A stretch of DNA of 64,000 nt from an uncultured Planctomycetota bacterium (GCA_963719315.1 CAVRBU010000002.1:576001-640000); one strand, 5' to 3'; positions 19,262 through 29,466 are shown, counted from the stretch's first letter. Numbers and translations are program-made. The notes: generated by a model not told the origin, from the letters alone.

Positions 19262-20371
19262 TCAACCCGCTCGTCGGCGATCTTGCCGATCGGCTGCCGG
19301 CTGTGTGGTGCCGGCGATGATCGGGAGGGCCGGCATGGCGAGCGCCCCGCGACGGCCGCCTGTGGCGCCGTCCCAGGTGTGGTCCTCGATGCGTTCCAGG
19401 ATCATCTCGGCGACAACCACCGCATCGCGCCCGGCCGTGCCATCGACCCGGGGGGCCTGGCCGGTGCGAACGGCGGTCACGAAATCCCGCTGCTCTTCCT
19501 GGATCGCGTTGACGGGTGTTGAATCGCGCGATCTGCGAACCAAGAGTTGATCAAAGACGTGCTCTTTCCAGTACGCCCGTTCTTCGGCGTTCAACTGGTC
19601 GGCTCGAAATTCGCGCCGCAGCACTTCGTCGCTCGGCTTGACGACTGTGGCTTCGTGCGTGGCGAAATTGATCGATGCGCTTCCGCGCGATGTGAAGATC
19701 GACATCGTGCGGCGTTGCTGAAAGCTGACCCGCGATGCCGAAATTTGGGCGACGCAGCCGCTGGCGAATGTGAGCCGAGCGGTGGCCAGGTCTTCGTGAC
19801 CGCCGAGCACCGAGATGCCGAGGGCCTGCACGTCCACGACGTTCGATTTGGCGAGCGATAAAACCACGTCCAGGTCGTGGATCATGATATCCATCACGGC
19901 CCCGATATCGGTCGACCGAAACGTGTATCCGCTCGTGCGGGTGGCCTCGATATATTTCGGATCGCGAACGTCGGCCGCCACGGCGGTCAGCGCCGGGTTG
20001 AACCGCTCGACGTGCCCCACTTGCAGCGTCACGCCCTTCTGCCGAGCGAGCGCGACTAACTCGTTGGCTTCGGCGCCGGTGAGCGCGATCGGTTTTTCAA
20101 TGAGCAGCGGCACGCCGCAGCCCAACAGCTCGATACCAATGGCGTGGTGATACGTCGTGGGGGTCGCGATAATAGCCGCTTCGATTTCGCCGACAAGCTC
20201 ACGATAATCGGCGACGGCCCGCGTGCCGGTTTCCTGAGCCACGCTGGTGCGCTGAGCCTCGACCGGGTCGGCAATCGCGACCAGTTCGATTTCCTCCAGC
20301 CCGGCGGCAATTCGCGCGTGGATGCGGCCCAAATGCCCTGCGCCAACGACGGCAACTCGTAGCGGGTTCAC
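19262..20371 (-). CDS. Gfo/Idh/MocA oxidoreductase, GnnA-like
   Basis: GAGHLG, IEKP, VGHVERFNPA, DIMIHDLD motifs. Overlaps the lpxA stop (GTGA). Confidence 0.85.
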   Translation of the reverse strand: MNPLRVAVVGAGHLGRIHARIAAGLEEIELVAIADPVEAQRTSVAQETGTRAVADYRELVGEIEAAIIATPTTYHHAIGIELLGCGVPLLIEKPIALTGAEANELVALARQKGVTLQVGHVERFNPALTAVAADVRDPKYIEATRTSGYTFRSTDIGAVMDIMIHDLDVVLSLAKSNVVDVQALGISVLGGHEDLATARLTFASGCVAQISASRVSFQQRRTMSIFTSRGSASINFATHEATVVKPSDEVLRREFRADQLNAEERAYWKEHVFDQLLVRRSRDSTPVNAIQEEQRDFVTAVRTGQAPRVDGTAGRDAVVVAEMILERIEDHTWDGATGGRRGALAMPALPIIAGTTQPAADRQDRRRAG

Positions 20372-21174
20372 GCGGCTCTCCTCGATTCTCGGGTGCGGCC
20401 GTGCCGGCCAACTTGTTGGCCTTCCACGAACGCGAGCAACTCGTTCACTTGTGGCACCAATTGGCCGTTGCCGCGCAGAATTTCGCGAGCCGGGTCGACG
20501 CCGACTTTCGCGCGATAGATCAAGCGATGGGCCTCGGCCAAACTATCGATCACATGGGCGGAAAACTCGTGTCGCTTGAGCGCGACGATGTTGATGCACC
20601 GTGGCCGGGCCGGGGCCCCTTCGCAAAGCATGAACGGTGGCACATCGTGCAGCACGCGGCTCAGCCCGCCGATGAAGCTGTAACTGCCAATGGTCGTGAA
20701 ATGATGGACCGCCACCGCGCCGCTCAATGAGGCGTAATCGTCAATGTGTACGTGGCCGCCCAGCAAAGCGCCGTTGGCCATGATGATGTGGTCGCCCAGT
20801 TTGCAGTCGTGGGCCACGTGGCAACAGGCCATGAGGAAATTGCCGTCGCCGATGCGGGTGATGCCCTCTTCTTTCTCGCTGCCGCGATTGATCGTCACCC
20901 CTTCGCGAAAGACGTTCCCGTCGCCGACGATGACCTGCGTGTCGCTGCCGGCGTAGCTGATATCCTGCGGCTCGCCGCCAATTACGACGTTCGGGTAGAT
21001 GATGTTGTCGCGACCAATCGACACGTGGCCCATGATCGTGACGGAATTCAACAACCGCGTGCCGCTTTTGATGCGGACGTTCGGCCCGACGACCGAGAAG
21101 GGGCCGATTTCGACATCCGGGTCGATCTCCGCGTTCGAGTCGACCGAAGCCGTTTCGGCAATGCGGGCTGTCAT
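20368..21174 (-). CDS. lpxA: UDP-N-acetylglucosamine O-acyltransferase
   Basis: Hexapeptide repeats, GGEPQD, REGVTINRG, HVAHDC, LGGHV. Confidence 0.95.
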   Translation of the reverse strand: MTARIAETASVDSNAEIDPDVEIGPFSVVGPNVRIKSGTRLLNSVTIMGHVSIGRDNIIYPNVVIGGEPQDISYAGSDTQVIVGDGNVFREGVTINRGSEKEEGITRIGDGNFLMACCHVAHDCKLGDHIIMANGALLGGHVHIDDYASLSGAVAVHHFTTIGSYSFIGGLSRVLHDVPPFMLCEGAPARPRCINIVALKRHEFSAHVIDSLAEAHRLIYRAKVGVDPAREILRGNGQLVPQVNELLAFVEGQQVGRHGRTRESRRAA

Positions 21175-21229
21175 CAGAGTTCTCCAATTGCTGCCAAGGA
21201 TTTGGCAAGACGAGTTCTCAAGTTTTTTG

Positions 21230-22123
21230 CTAGGCAACGCGGCGCTGGGCCGGCCAATCGAGTTGCGGATTGCTTACCTGCGTCTGTTCCAATATTCGGG
21301 TAGCCAGTTCGGCGTGCAGCGCGTGGCCGCTGCGGTGGGCGACGACGTGACCGATGATTTCGCATCCGGTAAGGGCGAGGTCGCCGACGACGTCGAGAAT
21401 TTTGTGCCGCACGCATTCGTCCGGAAAGCGAAGCTTGTTGCCAATCGGCCCATTCGGTCCGAAGATCAACAGGTCGCTCGACGTAACGCGCTTGCCAATG
21501 CCCTGCGAAAGAATTCCTTGGGCCGCCTCTTCTGGAATGAACGTGCGGCAGGTCGCCAACTCGCGGCGAAATGAATCGGGCGTGATATCCAGCGCAAATA
21601 GCTGATGCCCGATCGCGGTTTGCTCACCGAAATCCAAATCGAACGATACCGACAGGCCGGCACTGCGCGCGGGCTGGGCTTCGATCCAACACTTGTCGTC
21701 ACCCACGCGCACGGGTTGGCCGACGACGAGCTGCCGAACGGGACTTCGCTGCTCCACGGCTCCGGCCGCGTCGATCGCTTCGACAAACGCCTTCGAGGAA
21801 CCGTCGCATCCTGGCATTTCGGACGCGTCGACCCACACCTCGCAATTGTCGATCCGCATCCCGGCCAGAGCCGCCAACACGTGTTCGACCATTTCCACGC
21901 GAATGCCGTTTAGCTCGAGCGTCGTGCGGCGCGGAACGTTGAGGCGAAGCCCAACGCTGGCCGGCACGCGCGCCGCGGCGCCGATGTCGTGTCGCACGAA
22001 AGTGATACCTGCGCATTCCGCGGCCGGCCAGAGTTCAACCCGGATATCCCGGCCGCTGAAATAACCGAACCCGGTTACGGAAACGGGCCGAACGAGCGTG
22101 CGTTGGCGGCGCGCAACAGACAT
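21230..22123 (-). CDS. lpxC: UDP-3-O-acyl-GlcNAc deacetylase
   Basis: QRTL, VEHVLAAL, DGSS, RHKILD..GDL, SGHALH. Confidence 0.95.
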   Translation of the reverse strand: MSVARRQRTLVRPVSVTGFGYFSGRDIRVELWPAAECAGITFVRHDIGAAARVPASVGLRLNVPRRTTLELNGIRVEMVEHVLAALAGMRIDNCEVWVDASEMPGCDGSSKAFVEAIDAAGAVEQRSPVRQLVVGQPVRVGDDKCWIEAQPARSAGLSVSFDLDFGEQTAIGHQLFALDITPDSFRRELATCRTFIPEEAAQGILSQGIGKRVTSSDLLIFGPNGPIGNKLRFPDECVRHKILDVVGDLALTGCEIIGHVVAHRSGHALHAELATRILEQTQVSNPQLDWPAQRRVA

Positions 22124-22182
22124 CTGCGTTATGCTCCCAGCGAGGTGGCGTCCGTGGCGGACATGAACGAGCTTGCGGGACT

Positions 22183-22237
22183 GTAGGTCAGGCTTTAGCC
22201 TGACGCCGCGATAAAGCCAGGCTAAAGCCTGACCTAC
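22183..22237. repeat. GTAG-type REP doublet between skp and lpxC
   Basis: GTAGGTCAGGCTTTAGCCTG ... CAGGCTAAAGCCTGACCTAC, perfect 20-bp arms. Confidence 0.9.
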
Positions 22238-22242
22238 GCGGA

Positions 22243-22953
22243 TTAGCGCGGTGGAATCTGTGAACCTGGCCGTGCGGCAGTCGGCGGTGCTTGAACTCCG
22301 CCCGGTACGCCTGGTGTACCGCTTGGCGGAGCGGGCTGGTCCCGATTCAATAGAACGAGGATGTCGCCCGTGATGTCGATTTTGTCCTGCATGACCACCG
22401 GCTTGTTGATTTCGCGCAGCACGTCTTCGCGACGATTGGGATCGATCGGATCGCCGCTGAACCGTAACACCAGTCCGATGTTCTGCCGCTGAGAGTAATA
22501 CTTCACGGCGTCCACGACTTCCAGGTAGGTCTGATAGTAGACCTTTGCTTCGCGCTCCAGAAAGTCTTTGCGAAGCCTACCCATCTTCAAATTGAATTCG
22601 GCCATCTGCCGCGCAACTTCTTCATCGCGCTGCTTGTAATCCGGCGTGCCGGCTCCGTACGTGTTACGTTCCTGTTCGAGCGCGGCGATCTTCTCGCGGT
22701 CGGCCTTGAGGTCGGCTTCGATGCCTTCCATTTCCTTCTTCATCGAATCCATCGTGGCTTTGAAGTGACGATGATTCTTGAAGATGTAGCTGATGTCCAC
22801 GACCGCGATGTTGTACTTCGCGGCATTCGCGCCGGCCGGATTCGGACCCTGGGCGCTCAACGAAGTAGACATCGAAACGGCGAACAAAACGGCCAGCGCA
22901 CCAACGGCGTAGATACGAGCCTGGGTCCAATTGCGAATAAGTAGCGTCTTCAC
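22243..22953 (-). CDS. skp: OmpH/Skp periplasmic chaperone
   Basis: GTG start with AAGGAG SD, signal peptide, IAVVDISYIF, long coiled coil, DITGDIL. Upstream of lpxC. Confidence 0.85.
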   Translation of the reverse strand: MKTLLIRNWTQARIYAVGALAVLFAVSMSTSLSAQGPNPAGANAAKYNIAVVDISYIFKNHRHFKATMDSMKKEMEGIEADLKADREKIAALEQERNTYGAGTPDYKQRDEEVARQMAEFNLKMGRLRKDFLEREAKVYYQTYLEVVDAVKYYSQRQNIGLVLRFSGDPIDPNRREDVLREINKPVVMQDKIDITGDILVLLNRDQPAPPSGTPGVPGGVQAPPTAARPGSQIPPR

Positions 22954-22955
22954 GT

Positions 22956-22990
22956 CAGCACTCCTTGCTGTAAGGGGGTCGTCCGTGACC
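22956..22990 (-). promoter_or_regulatory. Two ANGGA-loop hairpins in the skp leader (putative CsrA sites)
   Basis: Minus strand GGTC-ACGGAC-GACC and CAGCA-AGGAG-TGCTG, the second containing the SD. Confidence 0.55.
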
Positions 22991-23142
22991 AATCGTGATG
23001 TGCCGGGCTGCGAGCGGCCGCGGAAAATTCCTTCGGCAGTGTGCAATCGCTCGTCGCGGGAAACGAGCCCGGTCAAAATTGCGGGGCTATTCTTGCGAGA
23101 AGCCCGCAGCGCGTAAAGGCCATTTTTGCAGTGGAATTGCTT

Positions 23143-23230
23143 GTTGTCCGTCGTCCGTCGTCCGTTGTTTTGCGCGACCGGCATATTGATAGCATGCAAC
23201 GGACAACGGACGACGGACGACGGACAGCGG
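23143..23230. repeat. Inverted heptamer array (GTCCGTC / ACGGACG)
   Basis: GTTGTCCGTCGTCCGTCGTCCGTTG ... CAACGGACAACGGACGACGGACGACGGAC. Confidence 0.85.
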
Positions 23231-23322
23231 AATGTATACCGCTTTTGACACCAATCGCGCGCCGCGATACTCTTCGGCCCCCTCAATTCTTCGAGTTGGC
23301 CGTTCTAGATGGAGTTTCGCGC

Positions 23323-23685
23323 GTGAAGTCTGCTCCCAGCGTGCTGATCGTGGATGCGTCGCGCGAATCGCGCGAAGTGCTGAAGCTATTGTTGGAGCAT
23401 CGCGGCGCGCGAACGATCGAAGCCGCGCATCCGGAGGAAGCGGCTCGTTTGGCTGGCCACTTTCGGCCCGATTTGATCGTTCTCGATGCGGAAAGCGATC
23501 AGAGCGCCACGGGCGAGCCCACCGACGAACTACGCCGCGTAGCCGGCCGCAGCGAAACTCCAATCGTTATTCTCGGCAAAATCCGGCAACTTCGCGGCGC
23601 CGGGCCGGGCGACCAATTTGTGACCAAGCCCTACCATTACGGGCCTCTCATCCGTAAAATTGACGGCTTGCTGGACGCCGCGTGA
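23323..23685 (+). CDS. Single-domain response regulator (receiver)
   Basis: VLIVD, PDLIVLD, TPIVIL, FVTKPY. GTG start with GGAG SD. Confidence 0.85.
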   Translation: MKSAPSVLIVDASRESREVLKLLLEHRGARTIEAAHPEEAARLAGHFRPDLIVLDAESDQSATGEPTDELRRVAGRSETPIVILGKIRQLRGAGPGDQFVTKPYHYGPLIRKIDGLLDAA

Positions 23686-23754
23686 TGGCGACCAGTCAAG
23701 CTCTTCGAAATACGGAACCCGGCGCAGATGCCGGCGGGTCACGGGGATCTCATC

Positions 23755-25545
23755 GTGCCATCGCTGTTTGTGATGCAAGGTCGCGATTCGGGCACACGCT
23801 ACCGGCTCGATGGGAATACCATTACGCTGGGTCGCGGCACCTCGAACGCCGTGCAGTTGAACGATACCGAAATCTCGCGCGAACACGCCGAGTTTAGTCG
23901 TCGCGGCGCCGCCTTCGTACTCCGCGACCTCAATAGTTCCAATGGCACGTTCGTCAATGGTCAGCCCATCAAGGAGCACGTGCTGGCCAACGGCGATCAG
24001 GTGCAGCTTGGCCGAACGCTGCTTTTGTATACCAGCGTCTCCGAGGACAAGGTTGAAGACCTGGCCGACAAGATCCACATTGTAACGCGGCACGAGGAAG
24101 AAGACGGATCGCGGATCGTGCACTCGATGCATCAATCCGAAGGGAGCGAAATCCTCACCCCGCCCGATAACGAATCGTCGTCGCCCTGGCTGGCGCGGGC
24201 TCGCAGCAACTTGCAGATCATGTATCGCACGGCGCTCGCCGTAAGTCACACGCTCGATATCGATCAGTTGCTCGCGCGGATCATGGAGATGATTTTCGAA
24301 TGGGTCGATGCCGATCGCGGCTGCATCATGCTCAAGGACATCGACACCGACCAACTCGTGCCCAAAGTTCGTCGCCAACGTGGCGGTGCGCTGCCGGACG
24401 AGCGAATCATGATCAGCCAAACGATTCTGGACTACGTCGTTGACCGCAACGAGGGTGTGCTCACGAGCAATGCCCGCGACGACGACCGCTGGGACGCCGC
24501 CAAAAGCATTTTGCGGATGGGCGTTCGCGAAGCGATCTGCGTACCAATGCAAGGCCGCTATGATGTGGTGGGCGTGATTTACATCGATACCTCCCTCACC
24601 CCACAGAGAATTCTGCAGCAGGGTTCGGCCAACAAGTTCACGCAGGAGCACCTCAAGCTCATGATCGCCATCGCCCATCAGGCGGCGCTGGCGATTGAAG
24701 ACACGAATTATTACAAGCAGATGGTGCAGGCGGAACGGCTCGCCGCCGTGGGACAAACGATTGCCTCGCTGTCGCACCACATCAAGAACATATTGCAAGG
24801 CGTTCGGGGCGGCAGCTACTTGATCGAAATGGGGATGAAGGACCACGCCAAGGCGATTGCCGAGGGCAAGGTGGACGTCGAATCCGCCGAAAAAGCCGTC
24901 GGTATCATGCGCAAGGGCTGGGGCATCGTCGAAAAGAATCAGGAGCGAATTTCGACGCTCGTGATGGACATGCTCACGTTCAGCAAAGAACGCGAACCGG
25001 TGCCGGAACCGGCCAACCTGAACGAGCTTGTGTGCGACGTCGTTGAGCTAATGAAGTCGCGGGCCGAAGAAGAGCATGTCGAGCTCTCATGGCTCCCGGC
25101 TCCCACGATGCCCACACTCATGTTCGATTCCGAGTCGATGCACCGCGCCATTCTCAACATCATCACCAATGCAATCGATGCCTGCCACGAGCGCACTGGC
25201 GGCTGCGTTGAGGTTTCCACACAATATAGCCAAGAGGAGCAAATGGCTCGTGTGGCGGTCGTCGACAACGGCAGCGGCATCGAAAAGGACGACCTCGAGA
25301 AAATCTTCGCCGTTTTCGTTTCGCGGAAGGGCGGGCGCGGCACCGGCTTGGGACTTCCCGTCAGCCAGAAAATCCTGGAAGAGCACAACGGCCGGATTCG
25401 GGTGGAAAGCAAGCTAGGACAGGGGAGCCGTTTCACGCTCGAGCTCCCAGCAATATTGCCCCAAACGCCGACCGGCCACACGATGCCCAATGTCCATGGC
25501 AGCAGTAATATCGAGCACGTCCCAGCCGATAGCTCGCATGGGTGA
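23755..25545 (+). CDS. Cytoplasmic FHA-GAF histidine kinase
   Basis: FHA (LGRG, ISREHA, DLNSSNGTFVNG), GAF (AICVPM..VGVIYID), H-box SHHIKN, N-box NAIDA, DNGSGI, GTGLGL. Confidence 0.92.
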   Translation: MPSLFVMQGRDSGTRYRLDGNTITLGRGTSNAVQLNDTEISREHAEFSRRGAAFVLRDLNSSNGTFVNGQPIKEHVLANGDQVQLGRTLLLYTSVSEDKVEDLADKIHIVTRHEEEDGSRIVHSMHQSEGSEILTPPDNESSSPWLARARSNLQIMYRTALAVSHTLDIDQLLARIMEMIFEWVDADRGCIMLKDIDTDQLVPKVRRQRGGALPDERIMISQTILDYVVDRNEGVLTSNARDDDRWDAAKSILRMGVREAICVPMQGRYDVVGVIYIDTSLTPQRILQQGSANKFTQEHLKLMIAIAHQAALAIEDTNYYKQMVQAERLAAVGQTIASLSHHIKNILQGVRGGSYLIEMGMKDHAKAIAEGKVDVESAEKAVGIMRKGWGIVEKNQERISTLVMDMLTFSKEREPVPEPANLNELVCDVVELMKSRAEEEHVELSWLPAPTMPTLMFDSESMHRAILNIITNAIDACHERTGGCVEVSTQYSQEEQMARVAVVDNGSGIEKDDLEKIFAVFVSRKGGRGTGLGLPVSQKILEEHNGRIRVESKLGQGSRFTLELPAILPQTPTGHTMPNVHGSSNIEHVPADSSHG

Positions 25546-26383
25546 CGCCTCCCTCGACGCCGATCGAATTCGCGCGGCATCGTTCATCCGCCACGTCGAA
25601 ATCCACGACACGCTCGGCTCGACCAATGATCGCGCCGCCGACTTGGCGTGCGACGCGCTTACCGAATTGCCGGCCCTGGTGGTAGCGCGAAATCAAACCG
25701 CCGGCCGGGGCCGCGGCGACAAGTCCTGGTGGTCCACCGACGGGGCGCTGACGTTCAGCGTTCTGCTGGCCCCGGCCACGATTGGCATCAGCCCAGTAAA
25801 TTGGCCGCAACTCTCGCTCGCGACGGCCGTCGCCGTGTGCGACGCACTGAGTGAGGAACTGGCCGCGAACGTCCAGCGAGCGGAGACGGCCAACGTTCAC
25901 CCTAATCTGCCATCGCGCCTCGGCATTAAGTGGCCCAATGATGTAATGCTTGACGATTGCAAGGTCTGCGGCATCCTGATCGAATCGCCCGGCGGCGTAA
26001 TTGCCCGAGATCGCCTAGTGGTGGGCGTTGGAGTCAACGTCAACAATTCGTTTCTCGATTCGCCGCGCAAATTGGCGTCGCAAGGCATTGCCCTTTGCGA
26101 CGCCTCCGGCAATCGGCACTCGCTTCCTCGCATCTTGCTGCTGATACTGAACTCGCTCGAACAACGCGCCTATCAACTCGCAAATGGCGACGTCCGATTA
26201 CGGCAAGATTGGCACCAGCTTTGCTGGTTGCGGTCGAAAGCGATCTGCGTTGACACCGATCGTCGGCGGGTCGAGGGAATCTGCGGTGGCATCACCGCCG
26301 ACGGCGCCTTGCTCGTGAATACCTCGACGGCTGCGGAACACATTTTCAGCGGGTCGGTTAGCTTGGCAAAAACCTTGGATTAG
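25538..26383 (+). CDS. birA: Biotin-protein ligase (no HTH)
   Basis: STND, QTAGRGRG, KWPND, KVCGILIE, GVGVNV. Confidence 0.93.
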   Translation: MGDASLDADRIRAASFIRHVEIHDTLGSTNDRAADLACDALTELPALVVARNQTAGRGRGDKSWWSTDGALTFSVLLAPATIGISPVNWPQLSLATAVAVCDALSEELAANVQRAETANVHPNLPSRLGIKWPNDVMLDDCKVCGILIESPGGVIARDRLVVGVGVNVNNSFLDSPRKLASQGIALCDASGNRHSLPRILLLILNSLEQRAYQLANGDVRLRQDWHQLCWLRSKAICVDTDRRRVEGICGGITADGALLVNTSTAAEHIFSGSVSLAKTLD

Positions 26384-26692
26384 GCGGCCATTCGCTCGCG
26401 GTCGAAATTGGTCCACGCGCTCCAACATGCCCCCCACCTGATGGACTCCAGAATCTCGAAGATTTCCGTTCGCCCAGAAAACCAGGGCAGTAAATACCGC
26501 AATAATACGCAAAAATGCGGCTCGCTTACCGATTTCCTGGAGGTTTTCGCCAAATTCTTGACAACATTCGATACGCCATTTAGACTTAACCCATTGGGCG
26601 GGGGACACTCTGTCGGCATCGTAAAGCAACGCGTGATCCATTCGCGTAGGGCTGCGAATTCTAAGCGACATCTTTGATTAGAGGAAAGCATA

Positions 26693-27467
26693 ATGATCTT
26701 GATTAAAAGTCTCGCCACCTCGGTGGTGTTAGCGCTTACGATTGCTTCTTGGTCATTTGCGGGCACGCTGGTGGATTTCAAGCCGCTGCCGTCCTCTCCC
26801 GCGCTACCCGAATTCCGGTTTGATGGTCCCGTGGGCGCGCTCTTCCTTCAAGAGTGGCCTCGGTTCTATTGGCAATGCGGACGGTGTGCTGCCAGTTCCT
26901 GCCCAAACGCCGGGCGGACTCGATGCGGAAGCCGCTTTCTTGATTCCAGGAATTCCGGGCAGCAGCCTCAATATCGCGTCTACCGAATTCTTCGATTCCA
27001 CGCTGACATTTACTGGCCTCGTTGCTTCCGCTCCCGCCATCACCGTAATCGGCCCCACTTATATCCAGCCGCTTGGTCCCGGATCGTTCGACTTATTCAG
27101 CACCGATCCCGACGGCATCGGTCCGCTGCTTCCAACGTTATTGCTCCACGGAAGTATTGGGGCTGCCTCATTCATCGTCGGAACGGGTAATTCGGGCGCG
27201 ACGTTTAACTCCGCCAGCGTGGACTATACCGCAGGCAAAATCTTTGACTCCTTGGTTGCCTCCGGCGCCAGTCCGCTCGGCAATAGCATGTCGTTCAGCA
27301 TGCTGGATGTGACTCCCGGGTTTTCGATAAGTCCGGCCGACGGGTTTCTCGATGACTTCACGGCCAACGGCACCGGTCAATTCAGCTTCACCGCTGTCCC
27401 TGAACCGGCTTCGTTGACACTGCTAGGATTTGCCCTGGCCGGCCTTGCCCTTGGCCGTCGCCGCTAG
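26693..27467 (+). CDS. PEP-CTERM sorting protein, split by a 1-nt frameshift at ~26840
   Basis: Signal peptide MILIKSLATSVVLAL in one frame. Body and VPEPASLTLLGFALAGLALGRRR in the +1 frame. Confidence 0.85.
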
Positions 27468-27505
27468 CAGACGCGACCTTGTAATTGATTCACGGCACGT
27501 TGATC

Positions 27506-28186
27506 TCACTCAACGTAGCCCGCTGGCTCGCCGACAAAGGGGTTCGTGCGTTTCTCGTGCCCGATCGTCGTCGCTGGCCCGTGGCCCGGCAGCACGATCG
27601 TGTCATCCCGCAGTGTGAACAGCTTGCCGTGGATCGCATCGCGTAGATCGTCGAAGCTACCGTCCGGAAAGTCGGTGCGACCAATGCTGCCGGCGAACAG
27701 CACGTCGCCGCCAAACACTCGCCAGGGCTCGGTCTGCTTGCAGACCAGCACAATGTGCCCCACCGAGTGGCCGGGCGTTTCGAGCACATCGAAATCCAGA
27801 CCGGCCGCTGTGAATCGTTCGCCCTCGCGAAGCACGCGGTCCGCCGGCGGGCTGGTCAGCGCGAACCCGAAAGCGGCCGAGAGATTGAGTGCCGGATTGA
27901 TCAGCTTTTCCGCGTCGCCGGCCCCGATTACCAAAGGGCACTCCGGCCATTTCTCCTTGAGCACTCGGTTGCCCGCAATGTGATCGCTATGCCCGTGCGT
28001 GCATACGATGGCGGCCGGAGTCAGCCCGCGTTCCGACAGATAGGCGAGGATGGCCTTCGGCTCGAAGCCCGGATCAAGCACGACGCAGTCATCGCGGCCG
28101 GATACATGAGCAATATAGGTGTTCTCGTCAAAGGGTGACGAAACGACCTGCCCCACTGATAGCTGTAAATCTGGCACAACAAACAT
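27506..28186 (-). CDS. MBL-fold metallohydrolase (glyoxalase II / YcbL-like)
   Basis: THGHSDH, TPGHS, GDVLF..SIGRTD, PGHGP. Confidence 0.93.
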   Translation of the reverse strand: MFVVPDLQLSVGQVVSSPFDENTYIAHVSGRDDCVVLDPGFEPKAILAYLSERGLTPAAIVCTHGHSDHIAGNRVLKEKWPECPLVIGAGDAEKLINPALNLSAAFGFALTSPPADRVLREGERFTAAGLDFDVLETPGHSVGHIVLVCKQTEPWRVFGGDVLFAGSIGRTDFPDGSFDDLRDAIHGKLFTLRDDTIVLPGHGPATTIGHEKRTNPFVGEPAGYVE

Positions 28187-28455
28187 CCCTTCCGCCGAAA
28201 AGGCAGGTTGTCTACGATAGTTCTACTAGTTGGGGATGAATTTGCGGGGCTTAGACCAAATCAGCCCCGATCGCATGGACGACAGAGTTCCCAACCCAAT
28301 CACGATTGTACAACCCCTGTATCGCCGGCCGCGAGCCACCTTCCCGCCCTACGTGCCTTGGTCGCCCGTTGAACGGATTTCAACCCCACTCCCGCCCAAA
28401 CAACTCCCGCTTCGTCAGGCCTTTAGCCGCGACGAATGAATCAGGAGACCCGAAT

Positions 28456-29412
28456 ATGTTTTCAATTCATGCTAATCGGTTCACGCGAACGTTCGGCAGC
28501 GTCATTGCTGTGGTAGCTTTCATGACGGGGTTGTCACACGCCCTCGGTGAAGAAAAACTTGCCGATCCGATCTATCGAGTCGCGAACGAAACTTCTGCCG
28601 TTCAGCCCGCGGCAACCACTCAGAATCCTGCGCCCGTCGCTGGAGCCGTAGCTCCCCAAGCCGGGCCAACTCCGGGAACTGCGGCCGCTCAAACCGCGTT
28701 TGATTTGACCCAAAAGCCGGGCGAGCACCCGCTCCAGCCCGTGATTCGTGTGGTCAAAGCAAGCCAGGAAGAGATCGACCAAAAGATTCACGATTACTCG
28801 TGCAACCTGTTCAAGCAGGAACGGATTGACGGCGAACTGGGCGAGAAGCAACAAATCCTGCTGAAGGTCATGCACGCCCCGTTCAGCGTCTACATGTTGT
28901 TTTTGACGCCGTTCGCGGGCCGCGAAGTCGTGTACGTAGCCGGCCAGAACAACGGCAACATGGTCGTGCTAGAAGCCGGTTTCAAGCGTATGTTGGGAAA
29001 AATGAATCTCGATCCCAACGGGACACTGGCCATGAAGGGTCAGAAGCACCCGATCACGGACGTCGGCATCCGGAATCTGACCGTCAAACTAGCCAAAATG
29101 TGGGAGGCGGAAACCAAGTTCGCCGAATGTGAAGTAACTTCCAATCCGGACGTCAAGATCAACGGACGATCCACCACGATGATTCAGGTCATCCATCCCG
29201 TGCCGCGACAAGATTTTAAGTTTCACGCCGCCCGCTTATTCATGGACAACGAACTGAAGGTCCCGATCCACTTCGACGCCTACTTGTGGCCGGGGCAAGA
29301 GGGCAGTGATCCGCCGCTCGAAGAAAGTTACACCTACGCGAATCTGAAGCTCAACAACAATTACACGGCACGCGAATTCGATACCGTGAACAACCCGGAT
29401 ATCTTTAGGTAA
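28456..29412 (+). CDS. Secreted DUF1571-like protein
   Basis: AGGAG SD, signal peptide, DYSC..KQERIDG, PFSVY, GREVVYV.G.N, HPITDVG, LEESY.Y. Confidence 0.78.
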   Translation: MFSIHANRFTRTFGSVIAVVAFMTGLSHALGEEKLADPIYRVANETSAVQPAATTQNPAPVAGAVAPQAGPTPGTAAAQTAFDLTQKPGEHPLQPVIRVVKASQEEIDQKIHDYSCNLFKQERIDGELGEKQQILLKVMHAPFSVYMLFLTPFAGREVVYVAGQNNGNMVVLEAGFKRMLGKMNLDPNGTLAMKGQKHPITDVGIRNLTVKLAKMWEAETKFAECEVTSNPDVKINGRSTTMIQVIHPVPRQDFKFHAARLFMDNELKVPIHFDAYLWPGQEGSDPPLEESYTYANLKLNNNYTAREFDTVNNPDIFR

Positions 29413-29466
29413 GAAGGTGTAAGGCGTAAGTAAAGGGACTTACAATTTGCGATCTATGCTTTCCTT

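Noticed and set aside
23143..23230. CRISPR array (here or at other tandem repeats)
   Set aside because: Units are 7-8 nt with no unique spacers, and there are no cas genes.
23530..24846. Long antisense ORFs (also 179-904, 8489-9316, 33793-34665, 54543-55487)
   Set aside because: Shadow frames opposite motif-supported genes, as expected in high-GC DNA.
26603..26630. Sigma54 promoter for the PEP-CTERM gene
   Set aside because: GG-N9-GC spacing rather than the required GG-N10-GC.
26380..26781. 133-aa minus-strand ORF, and similar ORFs at 31015-31369, 42255-42534 and 55801-56223
   Set aside because: No motifs and atypical composition. They lie in intergenic or repeat DNA.
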